Source: Promethearchaeota archaeon
Lineage (GTDB): Archaea > Asgardarchaeota > Lokiarchaeia > Sigyniarchaeales > SOKP01
Direction: 5' to 3'
Length of the DNA: 64,000 nucleotides
Assembly: GCA_019058445.1 (NCBI GenBank)
Contig: JAHPZA010000010.1
Coordinates: 128,001-192,000 of the forward strand
Shown here: in pieces, positions 1 through 9,476 of the stretch
Position numbering within the stretch: the stretch's first letter is position 1
How the letters are laid out: each line of letters starts with the position of its first letter
Notes under the pieces: generated by a model
The model's input: only the letters and a program-made list of their open reading frames with translations
What the model was told of the DNA's origin: nothing
Databases searched by the model: none
Program-made: the position numbers and the translations under genes

Positions 1-208
1 AGGTGTAGGGTTGAACTTCAAGAAAATAAATTTGGTCAGGTTGAGTGAAAATTAATTGCGACACATAATAGAATGTAGGAAAATCCGCAGCGGGTATAAG
101 AGTAAATCCATCTTTATATAATGCTATAAAAGCCCAGAAAAGGATGCAACAAAGTGGAATTAAAAGAAATAAATTATCAATTATTTTTTTTAAAATAGTA
201 AGAGTCAT
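1..208 (-). CDS. Partial membrane glycosyltransferase (GT87/DUF2029-like), runs off the window start
   Basis: Own translation from ATG at 208: MTLTILKKIIDNLFLLIPLCCILFWAFIALYKDGFTLIPAADFPTFYYVSQLIFTQPDQIY. A TM helix is followed by the DFxxFY motif. Similar to the N-terminus of 52794..54116. Confidence 0.65.
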   Translation of the reverse strand, partial: MTLTILKKIIDNLFLLIPLCCILFWAFIALYKDGFTLIPAADFPTFYYVSQLIFTQPDQIYFLEVQPYT

Positions 209-378
209 AGTTTTAAAGGCTTTATAATTTCCTTAGCGGTATGCTTTTTATCTATGATTTGTAGTAAAAGAAGCTATATAAAGAATTTTAATTATATCAT
301 GTAAATTCTAAAGTAAAAGTGATTTGAATAAAATCATGAAATTAGATCTTATTTTGCAAGGGTTTGTGTTTTTGGGTT

Positions 379-1095
379 TCATGATTTTATTATTTTTTTA
401 CCTCTTAATTTTATTCTAAAAAGAGCAATATTCACATATAGAATTTTTTTTAAATTTAGTTTTGAGACTCCTCCAGCTCTTTCATAATAGGTTATTGGTA
501 CTTCTATAAAGTTTGCTTTACATAACTTACAAGCATATAATATTTCTTCTACTATTTCTGGATTAATTGAAATAAACTCATCTAAATTAAATTTTTCTAT
601 TATTTCTTTTTTAAATACTCGAAATCCACTGGTACAATCTTTAATATTTAAACCAAAAAGAGTTCTTATCAATTTATTTGCTAAGGTTGAAATCTTTTTT
701 CGTAAATTATTTCTCCCTTTTTCTTGTCCTTTTTCTATGAATCTAGAACCAATAAGTACATCATATTTGGGAAAAAATTGTAAAAACACAGGTAAATATT
801 TTGGATGATGTGAAAAATCAGCATCCATCTCGATGATGATATCATTATCTGTTTGAATAAAATATTTTAATGCCTCTACCCCTGCCAATCCCCGTCCTCT
901 CTTACCAGTTCGTTTGATTAACGTTATATTATTATAAATTTTTTGCTTGTCATAAATTATTTTTAAAGTGCCATCTGTGCTATTATCATCTACAATTAAA
1001 ATTTCCTTTTTAAAATTGAATTTATTTAAAATATCTATCAATTTACCAATGTTCTCTTTTTCATTATAAGTCGGTAAAAAGATTAAGATTTTCAT
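379..1095 (-). CDS. Polyprenol-phosphate mannose synthase-like GT2 (DPM1-like)
   Basis: PTYNEKENI, VDDNSTDGT, MDADFSHHP, IGSRF, DCTSGFR, EVPI..ER..G.SKL motifs. Confidence 0.9.
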   Translation of the reverse strand: MKILIFLPTYNEKENIGKLIDILNKFNFKKEILIVDDNSTDGTLKIIYDKQKIYNNITLIKRTGKRGRGLAGVEALKYFIQTDNDIIIEMDADFSHHPKYLPVFLQFFPKYDVLIGSRFIEKGQEKGRNNLRKKISTLANKLIRTLFGLNIKDCTSGFRVFKKEIIEKFNLDEFISINPEIVEEILYACKLCKANFIEVPITYYERAGGVSKLNLKKILYVNIALFRIKLRGKKIIKS

Positions 1096-1321
1096 ACTTT
1101 ATTTGATCAATACTCTCTTTTTTTTTTAAAATTATCCAACTTCATCATCTTTGAATTAAATAATCATAATATCCTTTACTTTTAATATTTGATTTTGAAT
1201 ATATTCTAATTTAAAGGATTTAAATTATTTTTAGGAAATTTCTAAATCAAAAAGTTATAAATATTAAAAATATAGTAATTATTTAATTTAGCATATATAG
1301 AAATATTAATTTGAATACATA

Positions 1322-1747
1322 ATGGTAGAACTGAGAGCAAATTTAATCTCCAGATCTTTTATAACGCAAATGATTAAGTTTGCAATTGTTGGAGCCCTAG
1401 GAACCTTAGTAAATATCTCAATCCTTTATATTTTAACTGAAATCTTTAACATTTACTATATTATCTCAGAAATATTTGCATTTTTTATTTCAGGATTAAA
1501 TAATTACATATTTAATAAGATTTGGACATTCAGTGAAAACTTAGAAGCAGAGGCCATAAAAAAATATTTTAAATTCATAATAATAAGTCTCATTTCCTTA
1601 TTAGTAAATCTGGGTGTTCTTTTTATTTTAGTTGAGGTATATTTAATTTGGTATATTTATGCAGAGATAGGGGCAATCTTTTGTGCCTTTTTGATAAATT
1701 TTTTTGGAAATAAAGTATGGACATTTAATAACAAAACTGAAAAATGA
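1322..1747 (+). CDS. GtrA-family lipid-linked sugar translocase
   Basis: 141 aa, four TM helices, KFAIVG..GTLVN, NYIFNKIWTF, NFFGNKVWTF. Confidence 0.9.
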   Translation: MVELRANLISRSFITQMIKFAIVGALGTLVNISILYILTEIFNIYYIISEIFAFFISGLNNYIFNKIWTFSENLEAEAIKKYFKFIIISLISLLVNLGVLFILVEVYLIWYIYAEIGAIFCAFLINFFGNKVWTFNNKTEK

Positions 1748-1796
1748 GTTACACTATATTCTTTTTTTAAAAATAAACAAGTAAGGCAGTATAAAA

Positions 1797-2873
1797 ATGA
1801 ATGAAATTGATAAATTCAGAAAACAGATTGATAATATCGATGAGAAAATTTTAGATCTATTAAATATGAGAGGAGAAATAGTTAAAAAAATAGGGCTTTA
1901 TAAGAAGAACAATAATATTGAAATATATCAACCCGCAAGGGAAAATGAAGTTATTGACAAGTTAAAAAGTTTAACTAAAGTTTTAAAACCGAATAATATC
2001 GAATCTATTTGGAAGGAGATTATGGGCGCCTGTAAAGTTTTAGAAGGTTCTATTTTTAAAGTTGGATATTTAGGACCCCAAGGGAGCTTTACATATCAAG
2101 CTGCCTTGGATTTCTTTCCAAAAGCAGGTACTGATTTTATTCCATGTAAAAGTATAGTGGAAATATTTGAAAATATAGAAAAAGATACTTTAGAGTTCGG
2201 TGTCGTTCCAATTGAAAACAGTCTTCAAGGGACTGTACGGGAAACTTTAGATTTATTAATTGAAAAAAATCTCATAATATATGGAGAAATAGAAATTAGA
2301 ATTGTACTTAATCTGATTTCTCTTACAAATTCGAATCTCTCAAAAATTAAAACCATCTATTCTCATCCACAGGCTTTCGCACAGGCAAGAATGTGGTTAA
2401 AAACAAATGTTCCTACCGCAAAATTAATTAATATTGATTCAACTTCAGAAGCCGTTAAAAAAGTAAAGGATTCAAATGATGTAACCTTTGGTGCCATAGG
2501 AACGGAATTTGCTTGCAAGCTACATGATTTAAGCATACTTAGCTCGAATATAGAAGATAATCCATCTAATTTTACAAGATTTTTAATAATCTCAAAAAGA
2601 AAAAATGAAATAAGGGGAGAAAGAATAAAAACTTCCATAGTTTACGTAGTAAAACATGTACCTGGTGCATTATATAGCGTATTGAAACCATTTTCTGATG
2701 CAAATATAAATTTAACAAAAATAGAATCTCGACCTAGGAGAAGGGGAAAATGGGAGTATATTTTTCTGATGGACTTTGAAGGAGATAAGGATACTCCTGA
2801 AATTCAAGAAGTTATTGAACATATGACTCATAATGTGATCTGGTTTAAAATTTTAGGCACTTATCCATACTAA
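1797..2873 (+). CDS. pheA: Bifunctional chorismate mutase / prephenate dehydratase (P-protein)
   Basis: N-terminal CM (RKQIDNIDEKILDLLNMR), LGPQGSFT, VVPIENS, SHPQA, NFTRF, ACT domain with LTKIESRP. Confidence 0.95.
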   Translation: MNEIDKFRKQIDNIDEKILDLLNMRGEIVKKIGLYKKNNNIEIYQPARENEVIDKLKSLTKVLKPNNIESIWKEIMGACKVLEGSIFKVGYLGPQGSFTYQAALDFFPKAGTDFIPCKSIVEIFENIEKDTLEFGVVPIENSLQGTVRETLDLLIEKNLIIYGEIEIRIVLNLISLTNSNLSKIKTIYSHPQAFAQARMWLKTNVPTAKLINIDSTSEAVKKVKDSNDVTFGAIGTEFACKLHDLSILSSNIEDNPSNFTRFLIISKRKNEIRGERIKTSIVYVVKHVPGALYSVLKPFSDANINLTKIESRPRRRGKWEYIFLMDFEGDKDTPEIQEVIEHMTHNVIWFKILGTYPY

Positions 2874-2970
2874 AGAATCCTTACTTAGTTTTTTATAAAA
2901 TTAGAAAGTTTTTTACATTAAAAAAAATATATCTAATTTACTCTCTATTACTTAAGAATAGATTTGAGAT

Positions 2971-3687
2971 TTGATAATGACTCTTAGAATTGATGGACGT
3001 AAGGATGATGAGATAAGAAAAACTACAATACAGAGGAATTATCTTAAATATCCAGAAGGTTCTGTTTTAATCACACAAGGCAATACTAAAGTTATTGTAA
3101 CTGCCTCGGTGTTAGATTATGTTCCGAGATTTCTAGAAGATACGGGGACGGGATGGATAACAGCAGAGTATAGCATGTTACCTAGAGCTACACAGGTAAG
3201 AAACAGTCGAGATAAGACAAGAGGAAGAACTATTGAGATCCAACGTTTAATAGGAAGGAGTATTAGGGCTGCTTTTAATTATGAGAAAATTGGTGAGCGC
3301 ACTATTAGAATAGATTGTGATGTAATCCAAGCAGACGGAGGAACAAGATGCGCTTCAATAACGGGAGCATTTGTAGCTGTGTTTGATGCTTTAAAATTCC
3401 TTTATGATGAGCGATTGATTTATGAGTTTCCTAATTATAAAACAACAGCAGCAGTGTCTTTAGGAATAAAAAATTCTGAATTATTGTTGGATTTAGACTA
3501 TAGTGAAGATTCCAAAGTTGATGTAGATTTTAATCTTATTATGAATGAAGATATGGAATACATTGAAATTCAAGGGACCGCTGAGGGAGCAACATTCAAT
3601 AGAAAAAGTTTATTAGAATTACTAAAGTTAGGAGAAAAAGGAATTAAAGATTTAATTGAGATACAAAAACAAGTTTTAAATTTATAA
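2971..3687 (+). CDS. rph: Ribonuclease PH (bacterial type)
   Basis: [55 protein letters not shown]. Confidence 0.92.
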   Translation: MIMTLRIDGRKDDEIRKTTIQRNYLKYPEGSVLITQGNTKVIVTASVLDYVPRFLEDTGTGWITAEYSMLPRATQVRNSRDKTRGRTIEIQRLIGRSIRAAFNYEKIGERTIRIDCDVIQADGGTRCASITGAFVAVFDALKFLYDERLIYEFPNYKTTAAVSLGIKNSELLLDLDYSEDSKVDVDFNLIMNEDMEYIEIQGTAEGATFNRKSLLELLKLGEKGIKDLIEIQKQVLNL

Positions 3688-3714
3688 TTTTTTCATAAAC
3701 AATTTAGCTTTATT

Positions 3715-4866
3715 CTAATGGGCCTCTATACCTAATTGTTCAGGATGTTCCTGGAAATATTTTACTCCTTCTTTTATAATGTCTAATATCGATCTCGTAG
3801 GATACCATCCTGTATCTTTTACAATTTTATCATTTAAACCGATTAATAAGGGAACTTCACTCGGTCGAAGCCTATTTTTGTCTACAAAAACATCTGCAGA
3901 AACATTGAAAAGACTTTTTGCTAATGTTACATAGTCTGCAACTGTGATTCCTTTTCCAGTACAAACATTATAAGGTTCTGCGAACTTTTTTTTCTCACAC
4001 ACTAAAATATAAGCATTTATAGTATCTTTTACGTGGGTGAAATCTCTGATAGAATTAGGATTTCCAATGATAATATTATTTCTATTTTTTTCTAAAATTT
4101 CTACGATTTGTCTATGAATTACGCTGGTTACAAATTGTATCCCTCTGCGGGGACCTTCATGATTGAATCCGCGTGTAATGATTGAAGGGACTCCATAAGA
4201 GTTATTATATAGCCAAGCTATTTGTTCAGTAGCTACTTTAGTGATTCCATAGACACTTCGGGGGCGAAATGGATTTTTTTTGACATCTTCAGTAACAGGA
4301 ACTTCTTCAGGATCCACTAGTCCATATTGCTCACTGCTGCATGCGACTTGGATACTTTCCAATTCGTCTCCAAACCTTCTTGCAGCTTCAAATATTTTAA
4401 TGGTTCCTTTAATATTGTTAGTTATTACTCTGGCAGGTTCTCTAAAAGAAGTGGGAACAAAGGATTCTGCTGCCAAATGAAAAACTGCATTTGGTCGTAA
4501 TTTATCAAAAATTCTGTAAATTCTTTCAGCACTTGTGATATCTGCTTCGTGTAAAGAGATATGTCCCCGTAAATGCTCAATATTTTCATGCATTGGAACC
4601 GCATGTCTTCGTATTGTTCCATGAACTTCACATCCTAAATCTAATAATTGTTCAGCTAAATGACTCCCTGCAAAGCCACTAATCCCAGTTATTAAAACTC
4701 TTTTATCTTCCCAGAATTTTTCATTTGGTAAAGCAGAAGTACGACTTTTGAAATTAGTAAGATAATCATCGATTTTTTCAGGTTTAATTATGAAACCAAG
4801 TTTTTCAAGTTCATTAACGCGGGGATTTTCTTCAATTACATTTTCAATAGGTATAAGATGACTCAT
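3715..4866 (-). CDS. gmd: GDP-mannose 4,6-dehydratase-family SDR
   Basis: LITGISGFAGSHL, HLAAESFVPTSF, SSEQYG, YGITK, FNHEGPRRG..FVTS, RPSEVPLL. Confidence 0.8.
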   Translation of the reverse strand: MSHLIPIENVIEENPRVNELEKLGFIIKPEKIDDYLTNFKSRTSALPNEKFWEDKRVLITGISGFAGSHLAEQLLDLGCEVHGTIRRHAVPMHENIEHLRGHISLHEADITSAERIYRIFDKLRPNAVFHLAAESFVPTSFREPARVITNNIKGTIKIFEAARRFGDELESIQVACSSEQYGLVDPEEVPVTEDVKKNPFRPRSVYGITKVATEQIAWLYNNSYGVPSIITRGFNHEGPRRGIQFVTSVIHRQIVEILEKNRNNIIIGNPNSIRDFTHVKDTINAYILVCEKKKFAEPYNVCTGKGITVADYVTLAKSLFNVSADVFVDKNRLRPSEVPLLIGLNDKIVKDTGWYPTRSILDIIKEGVKYFQEHPEQLGIEAH

Positions 4867-4970
4867 AGTTGTACAGATTATTAATGTATTATTTATTTTT
4901 AATTTAATTATTAAATTTTAGTGACATTCTTAATAATTGCTTGCGAATTTCAATATAATATGAAAACGCA

Positions 4971-5303
4971 TTAATTTTGTAAAATTTTTATGATTTTTTC
5001 ATTTCGTTCATCAAGATAAAATCTGACTTTTTTTAATTTTAAATAGTTATTATCAGAAAAATCGTGTTTAATAATAGTTAATGATATTATAGAAAAATCT
5101 AAAGTAGCACTTTTATGTTCTCTTTTTCCATTTAAAATATGATTTAAATCTGATTCAAATAAAGTGGAGTATTCTTTATATAGTCTTTTTATATCATATT
5201 TATCTAATTTTTTAATCATGATATCCACGTCTCGATAACTCGAAAAATATTCAATAAGTATGTTGCTTTCTTTTAAAAGTTTCAGAAGTTTTGTAGAGAT
5301 CAT
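4971..5303 (-). CDS. Hypothetical protein
   Basis: 110 aa ORF co-oriented between thioredoxin and gmd; no motif recognised. Confidence 0.5.
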   Translation of the reverse strand: MISTKLLKLLKESNILIEYFSSYRDVDIMIKKLDKYDIKRLYKEYSTLFESDLNHILNGKREHKSATLDFSIISLTIIKHDFSDNNYLKLKKVRFYLDERNEKIIKILQN

Positions 5304-5361
5304 CTGTTATCCTCAAGTTTTATTTGTTCTTTCTTTTACATAATATGCTTCGAACAATTAT

Positions 5362-5676
5362 TTATTTTATAATTTTCTCTATCATACTAATTAAATCTTT
5401 TTTTGATTGAGCTCCAATACGAGAGTCTATTAATTTACCGTCTTTAAATATGCTAAAAGTGGGTACGCCTGTTAACTCATATCTTTGTGGTGTTTTTCGA
5501 TTTCTATCAATGTTTAACTTTGCTATCAAAACTTTCCCATCAAATTCCTCCTCTAATTCATTGAGCACATAGTCCATCATTTTACATGGAACACACCATG
5601 ATGCCCAAAATTCAATTAATACGGGTAATGGTGAATTAATTATTTTTTCATTAAAGTCTTTATCAGTGACATTCAT
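5362..5676 (-). CDS. trxA: Thioredoxin
   Basis: FWASWCVPCK active site, GVPTF cis-Pro loop, 104 aa. Confidence 0.92.
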   Translation of the reverse strand: MNVTDKDFNEKIINSPLPVLIEFWASWCVPCKMMDYVLNELEEEFDGKVLIAKLNIDRNRKTPQRYELTGVPTFSIFKDGKLIDSRIGAQSKKDLISMIEKIIK

Positions 5677-5694
5677 TTTTTTAATAAGATTCTT

Positions 5695-7212
5695 TTAATT
5701 ATCAAATTTTGGTTTAAAACCTTTAATTGGTTTAGTTCCCGGATCATATCTTTCTAACACTTTCATTTCACGTTTTTTTCCTTGCCAAGTTGTTATTGGC
5801 ATAATTGTATGCTTTTTCATTTCTATTCGATTTTTTATTTCTGGCTCTTTTAGTACTGCAAAAATTCTTTCAATCTCTTCTTCTAATGTAATCTGGGGCG
5901 TAAATCCAAAAACATGCGGTAATTTTTTAGATACTACTTCAAAAGGATGGGTATCAGCTTCAACGCGTGGATTTTCTAATCTCTGAATTTTAACATCTAA
6001 ATCAAACTTTTCTTTCCCTACGTGAGCAACTGATTCAGCTAATTCAGAAAGTTTATGTAAACCTGATACTTGGTTTACCACATCATATTGACCAGGTTCT
6101 GGCGGTGAAATAATTAATCTAATCATACATTGCATTGCGTCATTTAGTGCAATAAATCCTCTTATTTGTTCTCCCTTTCCATAAATAGTTAAAGGAATAT
6201 TTACAACTGCTTGAGCAACAAATCTATTAATCACAGTCCCAAACCACTCATCTATATCATAGCGAGTTCTTAACCTATTATCCATTGCCAATTCTTCTGT
6301 ATATACACCAAAAATCACACCTTGCATTACATCATAGGATCTTAGCCACCAATATTTGCATGCTTCCAAAATATTAAATGTATCTTGAACTTTACTTACA
6401 TGATAGAAACTAGCGGGATCTCGCGGGGTTGTTTCACCTCCTAGGCTCCATTTCCTATCATCCCACTCGATAATTGCATCTGCAGGAAATAATCCCTCAT
6501 AAAGCGGTCTGCCTGTTAAAGGAGTTCCGTATTCCCCCATTGTCCCTAACTTTATTAAACTTGTTTCCGGGACAACTTCTTTCATCAACCATAATAATTT
6601 TAATGTGCCTAATACATTATTCTCTTGAACTTTAACTGCATGTTCTAGATCAGCCATACTGTATGGAGCACTTGGAATTTCAGCGTAGTGTACGATAGAT
6701 TCTGGTTTAACTTCTTCTAAAAATTCTCTTAATTTTGCTGTTGCATTAAGATTTAATTTTCTAAAATTAATATTTATCCCAAGAACATCCCTGGCAACTT
6801 CTAACCTTTCTGTCATTCTTTTAATTGGTACAATAGTATGTGCACCCTTTTCCATAACACAATCTCTACGGGTAAAATTATCTAGTCCACTTACTTGAAA
6901 ACCTAATTTCGCCAATTTTAGAGCTAAACTCCATCCTAAATATCCATCAATCCCTAGAATCATTACCTTCATTTCTTTCAATATATACCCATATTCTGTT
7001 GGAGTCCATTCAGGACATTGCTCAAATGTAATATTAGGTTCAAAATAGCCTAATTCAGGTCGTCTTCTGCATTCAATTACAATTTCTTCTTCTTCACCTA
7101 AATCTAAACCCTTATCTCTCGCTTGACCACACGCTCTAAAATCCACGTTCCCCATCAATTTCGCTGCTGGACAATTCCAACAGGTTTTATTAGCATTATA
7201 CATTTTTACCAA
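5695..7212 (-). CDS. sqdB: UDP-sulfoquinovose synthase (SqdB/Agl3) with an extra ~80-aa Cys-rich N-terminal domain
   Basis: LGIDGYLGW, SAPYSM, KLGTMGEYGTP, SFYHVSKVQD, FGTVINRF, ENPRVE are SQD1/Agl3 signatures. Confidence 0.88.
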   Translation of the reverse strand: MVKMYNANKTCWNCPAAKLMGNVDFRACGQARDKGLDLGEEEEIVIECRRRPELGYFEPNITFEQCPEWTPTEYGYILKEMKVMILGIDGYLGWSLALKLAKLGFQVSGLDNFTRRDCVMEKGAHTIVPIKRMTERLEVARDVLGININFRKLNLNATAKLREFLEEVKPESIVHYAEIPSAPYSMADLEHAVKVQENNVLGTLKLLWLMKEVVPETSLIKLGTMGEYGTPLTGRPLYEGLFPADAIIEWDDRKWSLGGETTPRDPASFYHVSKVQDTFNILEACKYWWLRSYDVMQGVIFGVYTEELAMDNRLRTRYDIDEWFGTVINRFVAQAVVNIPLTIYGKGEQIRGFIALNDAMQCMIRLIISPPEPGQYDVVNQVSGLHKLSELAESVAHVGKEKFDLDVKIQRLENPRVEADTHPFEVVSKKLPHVFGFTPQITLEEEIERIFAVLKEPEIKNRIEMKKHTIMPITTWQGKKREMKVLERYDPGTKPIKGFKPKFDN

Positions 7213-7221
7213 TTTAAACTC

Positions 7222-8472
7222 TCACCCTAAAAATCCTACTATATCCTCTACAGATGGACTTTTTACATTAATTTCCTTATTTATTAAGATAAATGAATTC
7301 TCATTATGTTTTCCTGATAAAGTATTTTCTTCTTCAAAAATCTTTTCTTTTCCTATTCCACTTTTCAAATTAAAACCTTTTTTCTCCACCAAAACCATAT
7401 CTGGAGCCCTATTTCTTTCCTTTCCAGAATAGATATCATCTCTTTTATACACTTTTTTAATTACTCTTTGTTTTTCATATTTTAGGTTATAAAAAAGAGA
7501 CTCTAATTCATCTAAAATTATTTTTTCATCTTCCTTTTTCACAGTACCGTTTGGATAAGACCCTTTTTTGTTTATATAAATCCTCCCCGGATCTAAAACA
7601 AATGCTTTTGATCCCTTTGAAATACGATTATATTTTTTTAGGTTTTCTGCTAAAATAAGAAATCCTTGATCCTCCAAGTACGTATTTAAATTAATATTAT
7701 ATTTGTTTCTTTCCATTCCATGATCAGATAATATTATGAATGTATCATCTTCATTTAATTTATTATATATCTCTCCAATAATATTATCAATTTCTTGAAA
7801 ATATTCTAAAAATCTGTGATAAAGTGGATTCTTATAATCTTCATACACATGCCAGAAAAAATGCCCTATCCTGTCACTTCCCGTAATTACAGGCATGAAA
7901 TTATCCCATTTAAGTTCTTTCCATAATAAATCGAAAGTTTTTTTTCTAATATATAAAACTCTAAATAATTCATCAAAAAAAATATCATTGGATTGTTGAT
8001 GGGCGATTTTTGAATCAACATCAATTTCATATCCAATCCCTTGTAATTTTTGGAAATATTTATCAGGATATACTGCTTTTTGTAAATCCAATGCCACAAA
8101 TCCTGCGATATGAATCCCATTTAATTTTTTAGCAGGATATGTTGATGGAACATTAATTATAATGTGTTTTTTTTCTGGTTTTTGGTGCCAAAAAGGTTTA
8201 CTTTTCAAAGCATTAAAATTTGGAAAACTAAGGGAATAAGTATTGTTTATTATATCTGTAAATCCAAATATTCCATGTTCACCAGGATTCTTTCCTGTTA
8301 TTATTGAACTCCAGGAAACTGATGAGATATGAGGAATGGAGGATCTTAATCTTTTAAAAATATATTCGCTTTTTAATTGTTTAAAATTTGGCATTATATC
8401 ATTATTGGATAATTTCTCCATCAATTCGAAGGGAATGCCATCAATTCCGAAAATAACGTTCCTATTCTTCAC
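7222..8472 (-). CDS. Alkaline-phosphatase-superfamily protein (type I phosphodiesterase / nucleotide pyrophosphatase-like)
   Basis: GIDG, ISSVSWSSIITGKNPGEHGIFGF, DRIGH, SDHG, GKH metal and nucleophile motifs. Confidence 0.85.
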   Translation of the reverse strand: MKNRNVIFGIDGIPFELMEKLSNNDIMPNFKQLKSEYIFKRLRSSIPHISSVSWSSIITGKNPGEHGIFGFTDIINNTYSLSFPNFNALKSKPFWHQKPEKKHIIINVPSTYPAKKLNGIHIAGFVALDLQKAVYPDKYFQKLQGIGYEIDVDSKIAHQQSNDIFFDELFRVLYIRKKTFDLLWKELKWDNFMPVITGSDRIGHFFWHVYEDYKNPLYHRFLEYFQEIDNIIGEIYNKLNEDDTFIILSDHGMERNKYNINLNTYLEDQGFLILAENLKKYNRISKGSKAFVLDPGRIYINKKGSYPNGTVKKEDEKIILDELESLFYNLKYEKQRVIKKVYKRDDIYSGKERNRAPDMVLVEKKGFNLKSGIGKEKIFEEENTLSGKHNENSFILINKEINVKSPSVEDIVGFLG

Positions 8473-8608
8473 TTTAATTTTAAAAATTTAAGAGTATTTA
8501 TAAATTTTTAAAATAAGCTATTATTTTAACTATAAACTCTGAAAAAATAGAAAAAGTTATCTTTCTATAAAATTAATAAAAACTTGTTAAATCAAATATA
8601 TCTTAAAG

Positions 8609-9405
8609 ATGAATTCTACAATTCAAATAAAATATATTTTAAAAAGTTTTCTTAGTAAAATATTTAACAGAATTCCTAAGATTCTTAATGAATATGGTTT
8701 GATTTATATTCTTAGGAAGCCATTTTGGTATTCAAAATTTCTTTTTTATGTAAACTACTCTAAATTTAAAATTAGTAAATTAAAAGATCGTTATACTCTT
8801 GAAAGTTTAATTGAATTTGTAAAGTTCAACAATCAAGGGCTAATCAGACCTCTTCAAATAAATTATGAAATCTTAACATTATTGAAGCTATTAAAAAAAA
8901 AAGACCAAAATTTATTCTTGAAATAGGAACTATCTCAGGAGGAACTCATTTTTTGTTTACTCGTATTGCCAGAAAGGATGCTACAATAATTAGTATTGAT
9001 TTACCAAAAGGTATACATGGATATGGCTATAACATATTAAGAATTCCTCTTTATAAATCATTTGCGCGGTCAGACCAAAAGATTTTATTATTTCGTTCAG
9101 ATTCCCATAAAAAAAGTACAATTGACCAAATAAAATCTATTCTCAAAAGTAATAAATTAGAATTTTTATTTATTGATGGAGATCATAGGTATGAAGGAGT
9201 AAAAAAAGATTTTGAAATGTATAGAACACTGGTTAAGAATGATGGTATAGTGGCCTTTCATGATATTATTCCTCAAGCACCTGAAACTCAAGTAGAAGTA
9301 TCAAAATATTGGAATGAAATTAAAAATAATTACATATTTAAAGAAATAATTAAAGATAAGAATCAAAAATGGGCCGGAATTGGAGTTATCTATTATAAAG
9401 AATAA
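8609..9405 (+). pseudogene. Class I SAM methyltransferase (Methyltransf_24-like) split by a frameshift at an A10 run
   Basis: ORFs 8609..8926 and 8953..9405 join by a -1 shift at A10 (8893-8902), restoring RPKFILEIGTISGGTHF. Downstream motifs are FIDGDHRYEGVKKDF and IVAFHDI. Confidence 0.85.
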
Positions 9406-9476
9406 TGAAAAGGGGAAAAGAATAATGATTCTTTTCTTTATATCTTAAATTTCTATTCAATTTTTAGAGGTGTAAT

